A DNA stretch of 63,399 nucleotides, filler included, from Octopus bimaculoides (GCF_001194135.2; 5 parts of 5 records of this genome joined end to end with filler, not necessarily neighbours in it); one strand, 5' to 3'; positions 22,140 to 36,292 are shown, counted from the whole stretch's first letter. The notes: generated by a model from the sequence alone, not told the origin. Numbers and translations are program-made.

Positions 22140-25030
22140 ACAACAGAATGCCAGGGGAACAGGTCTGGGCCCAGTCATCATCCTGCCACTGTAGTCAAAC
22201 AATCTTCATGAAGAAGGAAAAATAAACATCCTCTGAATTTTGGCTGTTGGAATGCACGCACACTTCTAGATGATAATTTCAACAAGTGGCTAGAAAGGTG
22301 TACTGTACCTATTGCATGTGAGCTTAAAAAAATATTCCTTTGATATAGCTGCACTCTCTGAAACCTGCTTCTCTGGTGTGGGTCAAATACTTATGGATAT
22401 ACTATCTTTTGAAGAGGCCTACCTGAGGGTCAGCGTAGAGAAACTGGTGTTGAGTTTGCTCTCAAGAATACATTGGTATCCTCCATCACAGAATTTCTGG
22501 GTGGTGTATCTGAACGAACCATGTCATGCCATATAAAATTGGTAGGTTTCTTACCATTGTCAGTATTTATGCACCAACAATGTCACATTCTGATGAAAAT
22601 GTGGGACAGTTTTATGACAATCTAGCAAGATTATTGAGGAAAGTACCAATTTCTGACAAGCTGGTCATTTTGGGAGATTTCAGTGCAAGAGTTGGAAAGG
22701 ACTGTTTCATGGCCTGTTTTAGGCTGGCTTGAGATTGGAAAATGTAATAAAAATGGATTAGCTCTTTTGACATTTTGTACTGAGAATAATCTGTTGTTAC
22801 CAACACTCTGTTTAAGCAGAAAAATATGTATAAAACCACCTGGATGCACCCGAAATGAATTTTTCAATAATGCTTAAAAGTTGACAGTCTGCTCCTAAGG
22901 TACTGTTGCAAACTTCAAATTACCAAGCAATTTGCAAAGATTCCACGATGCTATAGAAAGTATCAATCTTGATCTGAACAATCCATGGGAAGTTTTAAAA
23001 ATAAAAGAATTTCAGGCTGCAAGTTCTTCAGTGGGATTTAAATCATGTAAGTCCAATGACTGGTTTTCCGACAAATCACCAGAAATTCATGATCTACTTT
23101 TAGAAAAACAAAACCTTAGGCAATACACTTCTTCCTCAGTCCTTGAACCCCAGCTCAAACAAAGCTTACACAAAGCTAAATAGGAAAGTGCAGACTGCTC
23201 TAAGGAAAATTAAACAGGAATGGTGAAATAACAGAGCAAAAGGGGTGCAAGAAGCAGCAGTAAGAAATGATGCCAATGGTCTGTACTCTTATGTGAAGGC
23301 GGTACATAGTCTCAAATCTTCTTCAATAGCTCCAGTGAGAACAGCAAACGGACATTTGCTTTTGAGTGACACCACTTCTATTCATAAGTGCTGGATAGGG
23401 CATTTTTCTGCACTTTTGAATAGACCATCATCTGTTGACATGAGGATGATAGAAAAACATCAAACACCTTTCATTTATCGAGGAGATGGCATTTGAACCA
23501 ACTCTAAATGACATTTATTTAGCTGTGAATAAGCTGAATAACAATATTTCTCCAGGGTCTGATGGAATCTGTGCAGAGATCTTGAAATATGGAGGTGGCA
23601 AAATGTTTGAACTCATAAATATATTAATTTGTCACTTTTGGAGAAGTGAGGAAGTGCCTCAAGACTGGATTGATGCCATTTTAGTCTCCATGTATAAATT
23701 GGGGCCAAAGGATCTGTGTAGTAATTTTCGTGGGATTTTGCTTTTGTCTGTAGTTGTAAAGGTATTTACCTGCATTCTGTTAGAATGCTTAAATACCTTC
23801 ATAGTTCCAAATATAGTGTCCAAGTTTCAATGTGGTTTTTATTCCTCCAGGAGCACAGTTGATTGTATCTATACTATCAGACAATTTCAGGAAAAGTGCA
23901 TTGAACAGAATCTTGCCCTATACCATGTTTTGTTGATTTAAGCAAGGTATTTGATACTGTTAATCAAAATGTTCTGTGGCTAATTCTAAGGGAAATAGGT
24001 TGCCCAGAAAAATTTGTAAACATGATTAGAGCTTTGCATCAAGATATGAAGGCTGGAATTCATTTTGGTAGTTGGCTCTCTGAATCTTTTGTTGGGGAAA
24101 TTTGAATAAAACAAGGAGGCCTTGATGCACCCACCCTCTTTGTAATATATTTTGCGGTTGTGCTGTCACATGTTTTTCAAAACTTTGAGGAGGGTATTTA
24201 CATAAAGTATCTAAAAACAGGGAATGTTTTTAATCTGACCAGACTGAAATTCAAAACAAAGGTTTTTACTTCACTCATTAGGGAACACTTATACACTGAT
24301 GATTGTGATCTTGTCAGTCACTCTGAAAGAAACCTGCAATCTCTTGTATCTGCATTTGACTCAGCTTGTGGTGATTTTGAATTGACCATCAACCTGAAAA
24401 ACATCAGATATGATGTATCAACCTGAATGTGATGCTGTTTACAACCCCACTAAAATTTTCATCAAGGGTAAGTTATTTGAGGTTGACTCTTTCATTTACC
24501 TTGGAAGCTCTGTACAAAATGGTGGAAATCTAGACACAGGAATACATCTGTGAATTCAAAGGGCAGCTCAAAAATTTGATGGTTTGGAGTCACATGTTTG
24601 GCACCAACAACACATAAATAACAACACAAAATTGGCTCTTTACAAATCGTTTGTCTTACCATCCCTGGAACATGGACGTGTTGTGAAAGACATTTCAAAT
24701 TGATAGAACGATTCCACCAAAACTGCCTTCACTGCATTTTAGACATTAGATAGGCCTTATTTTTTTTTTTACTCCAGACACAGATGTCTTTGTGTCTGCG
24801 GGCATCACTTCAATTAAATCAATAGTTCTGAAAAATCAAATGAGAAGGTCTGGCCATATTGTTCAGATGGCAGATGAATTCACACCCAAACAATTGTATT
24901 ATGGTGAGCTTGTAGAGGGGAAACGCTATCGATGTAAACCTAAAAAGAAGTCTAAGGATGGCAAAAAGACTACCAAAAAGACTATCTTCGGATATTTAAT
25001 ATCCCTTAGGTGTATTAACACCTAGCTAAA
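22140..25030 (+). mobile_element. Decayed near full-length RTE (BovB-like) LINE, APE endonuclease plus reverse transcriptase, many stops and frameshifts
   Basis: GCWNARTLL, DIAALSET, SIYAPTM, LGDFSARVG, GKCNKNGLALLTFC, SPGSDGICAE, NFRGILLLSVV, QCGFYSSRSTVD, KQGGLDAPTLF, LYTDDCDL, FIYLGS and SGHIVQM motifs in colinear order. Confidence 0.92.
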
Positions 25031-25057
25031 CTGCTATATATATATATATATATATAT

Positions 25058-25275
25058 CATCATCATCATCATCATCGTCGTTTAACGTCCGTTTTCCATG
25101 CTAGCATGGGTTGGACGATTTGACTGAGGACTGGTGAAACCGGATGGCAACACCAGGCTCCAATCTAGTTTGGCAGAGTTTCTACAGCTGGATGCCCTTC
25201 CTAACGCCAACCACTCGGAGAGTGTAGTGGGTGATTTTACGTGTCACCCGCACGAAAACGGCCACGCTCGAAATG
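25058..25275 (-). mobile_element. Family A copy running into an N gap
   Basis: Near-consensus family A sequence with CpGs retained. Confidence 0.85.
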
Positions 25276-27824
25276 NNNNNNNNNNNNNNNNNNNNNNNNN
25301 NNNNNNNNNNNNNNNNNNNNNNNNNNNNNNNNNNNNNNNNNNNNNNNNNNNNNNNNNNNNNNNNNNNNNNNNNNNNNNNNNNNNNNNNNNNNNNNNNNNN
25401 NNNNNNNNNNNNNNNNNNNNNNNNNNNNNNNNNNNNNNNNNNNNNNNNNNNNNNNNNNNNNNNNNNNNNNNNNNNNNNNNNNNNNNNNNNNNNNNNNNNN
25501 NNNNNNNNNNNNNNNNNNNNNNNNNNNNNNNNNNNNNNNNNNNNNNNNNNNNNNNNNNNNNNNNNNNNNNNNNNNNNNNNNNNNNNNNNNNNNNNNNNNN
25601 NNNNNNNNNNNNNNNNNNNNNNNNNNNNNNNNNNNNNNNNNNNNNNNNNNNNNNNNNNNNNNNNNNNNNNNNNNNNNNNNNNNNNNNNNNNNNNNNNNNN
25701 NNNNNNNNNNNNNNNNNNNNNNNNNNNNNNNNNNNNNNNNNNNNNNNNNNNNNNNNNNNNNNNNNNNNNNNNNNNNNNNNNNNNNNNNNNNNNNNNNNNN
25801 NNNNNNNNNNNNNNNNNNNNNNNNNNNNNNNNNNNNNNNNNNNNNNNNNNNNNNNNNNNNNNNNNNNNNNNNNNNNNNNNNNNNNNNNNNNNNNNNNNNN
25901 NNNNNNNNNNNNNNNNNNNNNNNNNNNNNNNNNNNNNNNNNNNNNNNNNNNNNNNNNNNNNNNNNNNNNNNNNNNNNNNNNNNNNNNNNNNNNNNNNNNN
26001 NNNNNNNNNNNNNNNNNNNNNNNNNNNNNNNNNNNNNNNNNNNNNNNNNNNNNNNNNNNNNNNNNNNNNNNNNNNNNNNNNNNNNNNNNNNNNNNNNNNN
26101 NNNNNNNNNNNNNNNNNNNNNNNNNNNNNNNNNNNNNNNNNNNNNNNNNNNNNNNNNNNNNNNNNNNNNNNNNNNNNNNNNNNNNNNNNNNNNNNNNNNN
26201 NNNNNNNNNNNNNNNNNNNNNNAAGTGTACATGAACATACAGGAATAGATAGACAGATAGATAGATAGATAGATAGACAGGGAGAGAGGGAGAGGGAGAG
26301 AGAGAGAGAGGACAATGAAATGTGGAAAAGAAAGAATCTGCAGCAGGCGCTTTAACATTATTGCTTCCCTTCCCCCAGGAGACAAAGAAAGAGAAAGACA
26401 GAGAGCACAAGAAAAGTAAAATGGGAAAAACAGCAAAGCGGAAAAAAATTGCAGGCATTTTAGCACCCTTCTTACTCCCCATCCTCACCCCCAATACATG
26501 AGCTTATATTTGAACCTTTGATATCTGACCCACAGACACATAATTTCAGTTGAACCTGTGCCTGTTTTATGCCTATTGACACACACACACACACATATAT
26601 ATATATATGTATATAATTTTCACTGTCTCTGCATCTATCCGTCACCTGACAGGAGAAAATCTGGAATAAGGCTTAAATATTAATTGAATATAAATGAGGA
26701 AACAGACTTAAAACTAGGATTAGCTTAAATCTCATCTCAGTTACCTTCCCCTACTATAATGCATATATCAACCAAAGCTAAACTCAGTCACCTCCGCTTA
26801 ATTCTTCAAAGCAAAAATGTACAATAAGTTCTCTGCAGTTTATAAGCTTCTTTCATGTTGCTTCTGTCAAAACATATTTTTGATTTCTCTATTTCAATGT
26901 CAGCCATAATACTTTTCTATTGTGTCATCTATTTCCTATGTCTCTTTGCCCTACCAAGCCATATTTTTCATCTGTCCACTGTCAAACATAATTTTTCTTT
27001 GTCTCTTCCATAGTTAACATTACCCCTACACCCCTGCTGTTATTGTCTCTTCCCATTGTCGGTCATGTTTTATGTTTGATTCTTCCAATGTCAACTATAT
27101 TCTTTTTTTTATATTCTCTTGTTAGTCATATTTTCCCATTGTCCCTTCTTTTGTCAAGCATATTTTTTTTTCACTTCAATAAATACACACACACGCGCGT
27201 ATAAGTGTGTATGTATGTTCGGATGCGTGTATATGCGTGTATGTATTATGTATGTACATATGACAAAGAAAGAGTAAGTTGTCAAATCCTCATATGTCGA
27301 AACCGATGGGAGACTCCATCACATATATATATATATATATATTCATCATCATCATTACCACCACCACCACCACCACCACAATCCCTACAATTATTTCGAT
27401 TCAAACCCCAAAACCAACAACAAATTTATAAAAGTTTGTATTATGGAAATATTTTGGGTAAGAATCTCATTAGGGTAATGGATGAAGATCACATATGAGA
27501 AGTTTGAAATTGCAAAACAGACTGAATCAATCTAAGTTTACTGAGCATCAATAATTCAATTTTTTTAAATAATAAATAAAATTAAATGAAATAAAATCAA
27601 AAATAATATAACGGTTGTAAAATATGTGTGTGTATATTTAAGAATAATAATTTAAGCATATTTCTCCGTGTTAGTATTTCATATATACCCATTTATATTG
27701 GAGAAAGTTTTCTCCTTGTATTATATATTGGGCATTGAACAGTTAACCAGTGAAAATTGGGTGTTTTACAGCCCTATAAAAGGAGCTTCTTTCCTTGCAA
27801 TGGATATATACATACATACATACA

Positions 27825-27884
<60 letters not shown>

Positions 27885-28921
27885 TACATACATATATACA
27901 CACATACATACATACACACACACACACATAAAATAGTGTACATATTTATACACAAAAGAGGTGACCTTTAACAGGACACCTTACATGCTAGAAAGGGCAG
28001 TTAAAGCACTTTATAGCTGTGAAACCAATGGTCACTCTTTGACCAGTCATAACAATCAGCCTTCTAAATATATTATTGCTTTAATGTTTTAGAGTGTGTT
28101 TCTTTTTCAGTTATATGAACTACTGACAATATATATATATATANNNNNNNNNNNNNNNNNNNNNNNNNNNNNNNNNNNNNNNNNNNNNNNNNNNNNNNNN
28201 NNNNNNNNNNNNNNNNNNNNNNNNNNNNNNNNNNNNNNNNNNNNNNNNNNNNNNNNNNNNNNNNNNNNNNNNNNNNNNNNNNNNNNNNNNNNNNNNNNNN
28301 NNNNNNNNNNNNNNNNNNNNNNNNNNNNNNNNNNNNNNNNNNNNNNNNNNNNNNNNNNNNNNNNNNNNNNNNNNNNNNNNNNNNNTATATATAGTAAAGA
28401 CCCCCTTCGGTCATGACTGACCATGGGATTGCAACTAGAAAGTTACCCTCTCAAGCACAAGTCCAGGCAAGGTTGTTTATAAAAGACCAGCAGTCGCCCA
28501 TGCACACTGATGTTATCCAAGGGAAAGGCAAAAGCTGATACAACTTGGCACCAGTGGTGTCACAACTCATTTCTACAGATTAGTGAATTGGAGTAATGGG
28601 AAATAAAGTGTCTTGCTCAAGAACACAACACACAGCCTGCACTTGAGAAGATAGACCCATCAAACTAAATGAAATTGTACTTGTGGCAGACATTGGTTTC
28701 ACACAACTGGCATCCATGCCGATGGCAAGTAAAAAGCACCCATTACACTCTCAGAGTGGTTGGTGTTAGGAAGGGTATCTAGCCATAGAAACCATGTCAA
28801 ATTAGACTATAGTCTGGTGCAGCCCCTCAGCTTACCAGCCCTGATCAAACCGTCCATGGACAATGGACGCTAAATGATGATGATGATTATATATATAGAC
28901 ATACATACATATATATGTGTG

Positions 28922-29023
28922 TATGTTAAATATCTATGTTAGATATGTAAGATATTTTTTCTAGTTATATTGCTAACTAAATTGTTTATCATATCAAGAG
29001 AGGAGTTTGTGTCCATGATATAT

Positions 29024-29059
<36 letters not shown>

Positions 29060-29227
29060 GTTTAACGTCCGCTTTCCATGCTAGCATGGAAAGCAGATGT
29101 TAAACGATGATGATGATGATGATATATATATGATGGACACAAACTCCTCTCTTGATATGATAAACAATTTAGTTAGCAATATAACTAGAAAAAATATCTT
29201 ACATATCTAACATAGATATTTAACATA
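28922..29227. repeat. ~306-bp near-perfect palindrome centred on the family A motif ccatgct|agcatgg (29082/29083)
   Basis: Arms match base for base over unique AT-rich sequence, apart from the (CAT)n/(TA)n length and about 3 substitutions. Confidence 0.95.
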
Positions 29228-31069
29228 TGAAGTAGCTAACATATTGGGTCATCTTCAATAAATCTTCCAAAATTTATATAAGAACATACTAGAAAAATTT
29301 TAAACATTTAGAGAAAAGATCAATTTCTTACTTTGACATGAGCAGGTTTAAAATTACACTATTGTTTGCATATCTAGAATACTGCTGCTGCACATTAGTA
29401 TCTTATGCCACATCCAAAATAAGGCCATATGGCTAATTTAGCAAAGATTCAATCACCAACATACTACAACAACTAGTTCAACGACATACTGTTTCTCTTC
29501 TTTTACCTTTCTGTCCTGTAACTACAAAGGCCTCTTCTCATTACAGAAGTATCCTGTCCACGCACCAGTCCTACCAATTACCTACCTGTTTGTTAATACA
29601 ATTTAGATTTTTATATGTACCTGTCTGTTCATTCATTTATTTATCATTTCATTCATACTCATGGACACATACACAGACATATATTCACTTAAATCATCAA
29701 NNNNNNNNNNNNNNNNNNNNNNNNNNNNNNNNNNNNNNNNNNNNNNNNNNNNNNNNNNNNNNNNNNNNNNNNNNNNNNNNNNNNNNNNNNNNNNNNNNNN
29801 NNNNNNNNNNNNNNNNNNNNNNNNNNNNNNNNNNNNNNNNNNNNNNNNNNNNNNNNNNNNNNNNNNNNNNNNNNNNNNNNNNNNNNNNNNNNNNNNNNNC
29901 CACCTCCACCTCCTCCTTTCTCTCTATATATCATCACTCTCCTACACACAAATTGTTGGTGAGAGCTGTACAAGCCATGTACAGAGGTGCAGTCAGTAAG
30001 GTGAGAGCTAGCAAAGAGTATAACAGTGAGTTTAGTGTGCAGGTAGGAGTACACTGGGGTTTGGTTTTCAGTCATTTCTTATTTGACGTAGTCTTTCAGG
30101 CCATAACAGAAGAATTTTTAGCAAAAATAAATGTTCAACAGAAGCTACAAAGAAAGAATCAGAAGGCAGTGAGTTGTATTCAAGTTCAAAATGTGACACT
30201 TTTATTTACGGTTTTTCAAAACAACGCTAAACAAACGTGTATTGCAAGAAAATTCAGTGTGTGTATAAAGAACCAAAATTTGGACCTTCAGTCAGACAGG
30301 AATATATTTGGTTGCACTTACTAGTTTTTAGAGGTTCTTTAGTCTGGTACTGGATAGGAATCCCATAGTACAAGGCCGGACAACTAGTCTTGCAGAAGCA
30401 GCCAATTTCAGCAAACATAGTAAAACGATATAATATGCTTCATAATGGCTTGGAAAAGAAGACGAATGCCAAGTGAAGAAGTGGGCATAATGATTTTGAC
30501 TTGCTAAAAAAAAACTTAGCTCAGTAGTCATAGTGACTAAGAAATTGAACAAGTTACCTTCCAGCTTCTAAATGAAGCTGACAGAATGAGAAGCTTGAGA
30601 ATACATTGGTAATGGTTCAATGTCTTCACAGCAACTCACTCAACTTTTAGTTTTTAGACACGCTTTAGATTTGACCAGAAGTTGTTGTTTGAATTTGCAC
30701 AATGCTAACCTTAACTGGTCAGTGTCTGTCCTAAACAACTAACTTGTGCTACAGTAATAAAATGAATTTATCATATCTTACCTTAAATTTAAGACTGGTT
30801 GTCTGTAAGAATTTCTCTATACAGGTAACTTTGTTTTTATAGCTGAATCTGTAGTAGAATTAGAAATTAAATTAAATAGATATGGAAGCAAAACTTGGAA
30901 TCAAAGGACTTTTAAAGTTAACTTAGTAAAGACTGAAGTTGTAGAAAGCAGGAAAACAAACCACTAATCCCTTCAGGAAAACAGCTCTACTTGATATTGT
31001 AGAAAAAGTGTAGGTAGAAATTCTATACAGTGTACCCAGTTCAAGCTATGGAGACATAAATAGGTGCAG

Positions 31070-31290
31070 TGGAACAATAGATGCCAAGAACACAGGAAAC
31101 AGATTTCCTCAAATGCCCAGGGGAATCCGTAAAGGTAGTAGATGGTTGTTGTTACCTAGGTGACCTAATTATCAGTGGAGGAGGATGTTCTGAAAGGGTA
31201 GTTGCCAGAATAAGAACAGGCTGGAGAAAGTTCAGAGAGCTATTATCTTTGTTAGTAACAAAAGACTTCTCTCTTAGGGTGAATGTTCCA
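31070..31290 (+). mobile_element. RTE-type LINE RT C-terminal fragment (VVDGCCYLGDLIISGGGCSERVVARIRTGWRKFRELL); related fragments at ~29940-30120, 20200-20440 and 6560-6800(-)
   Basis: YLG and WRKFREL motifs of the RTE RT thumb region. Confidence 0.8.
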
Positions 31291-32793
31291 AGAATAAGAG
31301 AACCCAAACTGTCCTTTTTAACAAAAATTTTTTCCATTATTTTTATTGATGTTTTAATTTGAATATCAATGAAGTGTTGCTAGGTAACATGGAGAAACAC
31401 AAACATCTGATATTATTTTCACCATCTGTTGTCTACAATTTCATGAAAAGATGTTTTGATATGAAACAATTAATGTGGTCAGATTTTACCAATTGTAAGG
31501 AAGGAAGAGAATGAAATCCCTGCTTTTTTTTTTTATTGTTTTTCACTATAATTGCAGTGGAAGCTGATGCAACTCTTCAGCAAAGTGCTAATATTGTTTT
31601 GTTCCATGTAATATGACACATGATGTTTACTATTAGTTCTAATAATACAATCAAAGAATTGTTTTGATTTAATGAATTTTTCCTAAAAAATAAGACATTA
31701 TTAAATATGTTGAATTTAAGATTTAGAAAACAATTATCCTCTTTGTTTTAATTATAATATATTGCAAACCATTAATTCCTTTAATAAAAGAACAACAACT
31801 AAAAGCAAATATCTAAGTTGTATAAAATCATCTTGACAGTGGTGTGTTGTTAGCTCCTCTTTTAAATCTACTCAGACATCTCAAAAATAATTAGACATCA
31901 TCATTTTTGAAAGATTAATTTCTAGAAGCAAAACGTCATCAGATAAATTTAAATACTTAATCTAGGATTTAGTAGACATGAATTTTGCAGTTTTTAATGA
32001 TTTAACTTGTTTGGAGATCATACAATTGAGTAGTATCCACATAGATAAAACATTATAATGTGGGGTGTCTATTTACTTCTGAGATGTCTGTGTATTATGT
32101 TGTTAGAGAAATCTTGAAAGTCTGGTGCTTCCTGAAGAAAATCATGACTGAAGTATACTGGGATGGTTTCTGTTACTTTCTCCAAGGCTACAAGAGAACT
32201 TGAACTCAGCAGCACTTTGAGCTAAAGAGACATTTGTCAAATTTTTGGGTTCTACTGCTCTTTAACTAGCTTCAGCTCAAGAGCTGTGACCATGCTGGGG
32301 CACTGCTGCTGAATTACAATCTATACAATTGAAAAATACTTTCAAGTTAGTATGAATCAACAATGGTTAACCTGCTGGAAACAATTAGTGAAATCACTTT
32401 CAAATCACACCCAACGGCCTTACCAAAAAAAAAAAAAAAACCCCCAAAAATCCCCACATAACATTAAGTGATATAGTCCCAGGTACACGGGGTTTAAAAA
32501 ATAAAGAGAGAGCATAGTCATAGCTAGAGGGTCATTTTGATAAGATCTAATCAACAACAACAATAGAAACACCAACAACAATAACAACATTATTAATTAT
32601 ACAGGTCTGTGGTACTGACATACAATTAGATGAACTCAGCCACAAAGAGATAAGTATCTTGGTTATAGGCAAACAGCTGTAGTAACACTAGGTTGTATTC
32701 TAACATAATTATGAGGTGATCAACTCTGGTGGGATTTGATCCCAGAATGCAAAAAGCTTTAACTCACTTCTGTAAAGCAGTTTGTTAGTTACT

Positions 32794-33552
32794 TTAACCT
32801 TTTAACATTTAAATTGGTCATATTCAACCCAAATATTCTACTTGTTTTATGTTAAAACCAGTCAGATACAGCCCCACTCCATACTTACTCTACAATATTG
32901 TTTTAAAAATAAGCAATCACATCACTGAAATCTCAAAGCTACAAGATAATCCATGATTAATTCAAAACAATGAGACTAAGTACTTACATCTGACAGAGTA
33001 ATCTGAATGCTAAAGGGTTAAACCAACCATTTCAGGCTTCTTACACTTACCTTACAATGTCATCCTAAAAATAGTCACATCACTGAAATATCAAAGCTAC
33101 AAGATAATCCATGATTAATTCAAAAATAAACATTACATCTGACAGACTAATCTGAATGCTAATGATTTGACCCTTTAGCATTTAAACTAGCCATATTCTG
33201 CCCAAATATTCTGCCTGTATTACATTCAAACCTGCCAGATCCAGCCTCTCACACCTACCCTACATTATTATTCTAAAACTAAACAATCACATCATTGTAA
33301 TCTCAAAGCTACAAGATAATCCATGATTAATTCAAAACAATGAGAATAAGTACTTACATCTAACACAATAATCTGAATGCTAAAGGGTTAAACCAACCAT
33401 TTCTGGCTTCTCACACTTACCTTACAATGTCATCCTAAAAATAGTCACATCACTGAAATCTCAAAGCTACAAGATAATCCATGATTAATTCAAAATAATG
33501 AGAATAGATAAGCACTACATCTGACAGAATAATCAAAATGTTGAGGAGTTGA
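32794..33552. mobile_element. Array of four full or partial piggyBac-like MITE units with a ~370-bp higher-order repeat
   Basis: Termini ttaacc(c)tttagcatt...aatgctaaagggttaa. The junction gggttaaaccaaccatttc occurs at 33015 and 33385. Confidence 0.75.
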
Positions 33553-35259
33553 TACTTCTGATAAGCGGTATGATATTAATGATGAACTTCTTTGGTGTAG
33601 CATTGTACTCCATCGGCTGGGACATTTTGGTTTTCAATACTCATCTTGAGATAACATATACAAGTATACCTCAGCTTACATCTGGTAATTGGTTCTAAGA
33701 TGTAACTTATCTCAAAAAGTGACATAACATTAAAAAGGCATTTAAAAAAGTTTATTAGTTTATATTTGTTTTAATAAATGATTTGTACATATTTTTGTAT
33801 GTATTTCATTTGATTTTCACTTCAGTATTGGGTCTTTATGTGTTTTTTTTTTTAATTATGTATGTTTTTTTAAATGTTTGCTGAGACTAACATAAAATCA
33901 AATATATTGATTGAAGTTGACCTTTATTTTTTTCTCCATTAATTTTTGAAAAAAAAAAAAAATGAGGTAAAGTTAAAAGAGACAACTCAAAGCAACCTAA
34001 GTTGAGGTATGTCTGTCTTTTCATTTATGCTGATAATTGCTGTTGTTGTTGAGCTTCAAGTCAGCCCTAATTGAACAAACTAGGATCATCAGTTTTCATT
34101 TTTCTTGGCATAGTGTAAATTTTTTTCTGAATCAGTAGATATGATTTCAGGGAGAATTGGCTGCTGTTTCTAGCAGATGAACAACTAAATGGATATTCCC
34201 TGCAGTATGTGCAGTATGAATACCATTTCTAAAAATAAAATTAAAAAAAAAAAAAAAAAAAACGAAAATGAAAAGAAAGAAAACACAATTGAAAACTAAC
34301 TGTCTTCTGTAGGGGAATTTAAAATTGTGTTTTTCACAATGTTTAAGGTTTTAGATTACAGAAAGGATTAAAATAAACGTTTGATTTGAAAATACTAATT
34401 TTCAAGTCTTGACATTGAATAATAGAATATCATATAATCAAGACAGATAATTAATTATAATTAATTATAAATCTCATAATTAAAGGTAAAGAAATAGTCT
34501 GCCTGAATCTGACTGACAGACTGTTTGTGGACTGATAGAATTTTGTCATAAAGGTTAAAGATCATAACTCTGATAAAACAGCCATCTATACATTACACTT
34601 AATGTATATACACTGTTGATAGGCCAGTTACAACAGGGTTTGTCCCGAGATAACATCTCTTATGGACTTAGTGTGTGAGAAACATGATAACTAACACAGC
34701 ATGGCTGATTAATGCAGCAAGTCAATAAAAGATACCATCTGCAGTAACTGGGTTATAGACAGTGTGCATACAGTAAGAAGCAGTATTTAATTTCATCAAC
34801 TCGAAAAAGTATATTGTATGATTTTTTCCATGTAATTCATAAAGAGAATCAGCAATATTTCTATCCATTATATCTTTCCACACTAAATTTTTCTGAAAAG
34901 AAGGCTTCTGTCAGTGAAAGTTGATTATGCATTTGCACATGTATATGCCGACCTGGGTAAGAGTTTCTGACGAAGATTAGCAGTTATCCATGCAAGCAAG
35001 TCTCCCTCCAGATTTACCCAAGGAAAAGGCCACAGACTTGGCACCAATGTTGTCATAGACAGTGATGTCAGAACACAAATAATTGAAAACAGATATAGGA
35101 ACAAGTATGGCTGTGTGGTAAGAAGCTGGCTTCTAAACCATGTGATCTTGAGTTCAGTCTCACTGTGTCATAGCTTGGAAAAGTATCTTCTATAATAGTT
35201 CCAGGTCAACAAAGCCTTGTGGATATATATGGTAGACAGAAACTAAAAGAAGCCCAATA

Positions 35260-35299
<40 letters not shown>

Positions 35300-35465
35300 T
35301 TAAATAATGAGCATAGAAATTAATATTAATTAATTAATATCAATTTAGACCAGTGGCCTAGCATACTTAAAAAATCCAAAGATTAAGAAATAATTTATAT
35401 ATATATATATATATTTTCTCTCTCTTTATTTTCTCTCCCTGTTTCTTTCAGTGTTCCTTTCTGTG

Positions 35466-35565
35466 NNNNNNNNNNNNNNNNNNNNNNNNNNNNNNNNNNN
35501 NNNNNNNNNTTAATTAATTAANNNNNNNNNNNNNNNNNNNNNNNNNNNNNNNNNNNNNNNNNNNN
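35466..35565. other. Artificial 100-bp scaffold linker
   Basis: N44 + TTAATTAATTAA (35510-35521) + N44. Confidence 0.95.
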
Positions 35566-35632
<67 letters not shown>

Positions 35633-36029
35633 TACACACTTGAACATATGCACATATATATATTATCATATATATATATATATATATATATACGGCACGA
35701 AAAAAATGGAGGGGATACAGAAGTAGTATACATCAAATGTTAGACATTATGTTATGCCTATTTATTTATTTTAAACAATTATGAGAATATATATACATAT
35801 GTAAAGACTGTGTATTGCATACATAAGTACCAGTAATTCCTAGAATAGAAAAAGAAAAGGAACAATTTCTTACAGCTGTTTCTGACAAGAGGTCACAATA
35901 CCCCACTTATTATTTCCATCTCTTCAGTGTTCTCTAGTGATCGGTAGATAAAATTAGAGTATTGGGTGTGCCTCTAGGCTTCATCAGAGAGTTTAAAAGA
36001 GAGTCTAGGAAGTTCAGAGAGCTAATGTA

Positions 36030-36292
<263 letters not shown>

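Noticed and set aside
32794-33552. CRISPR-like repeat array
   Set aside because: The units are 150-230-bp MITE copies with no unique spacers, the context is eukaryotic, and there are no cas genes.
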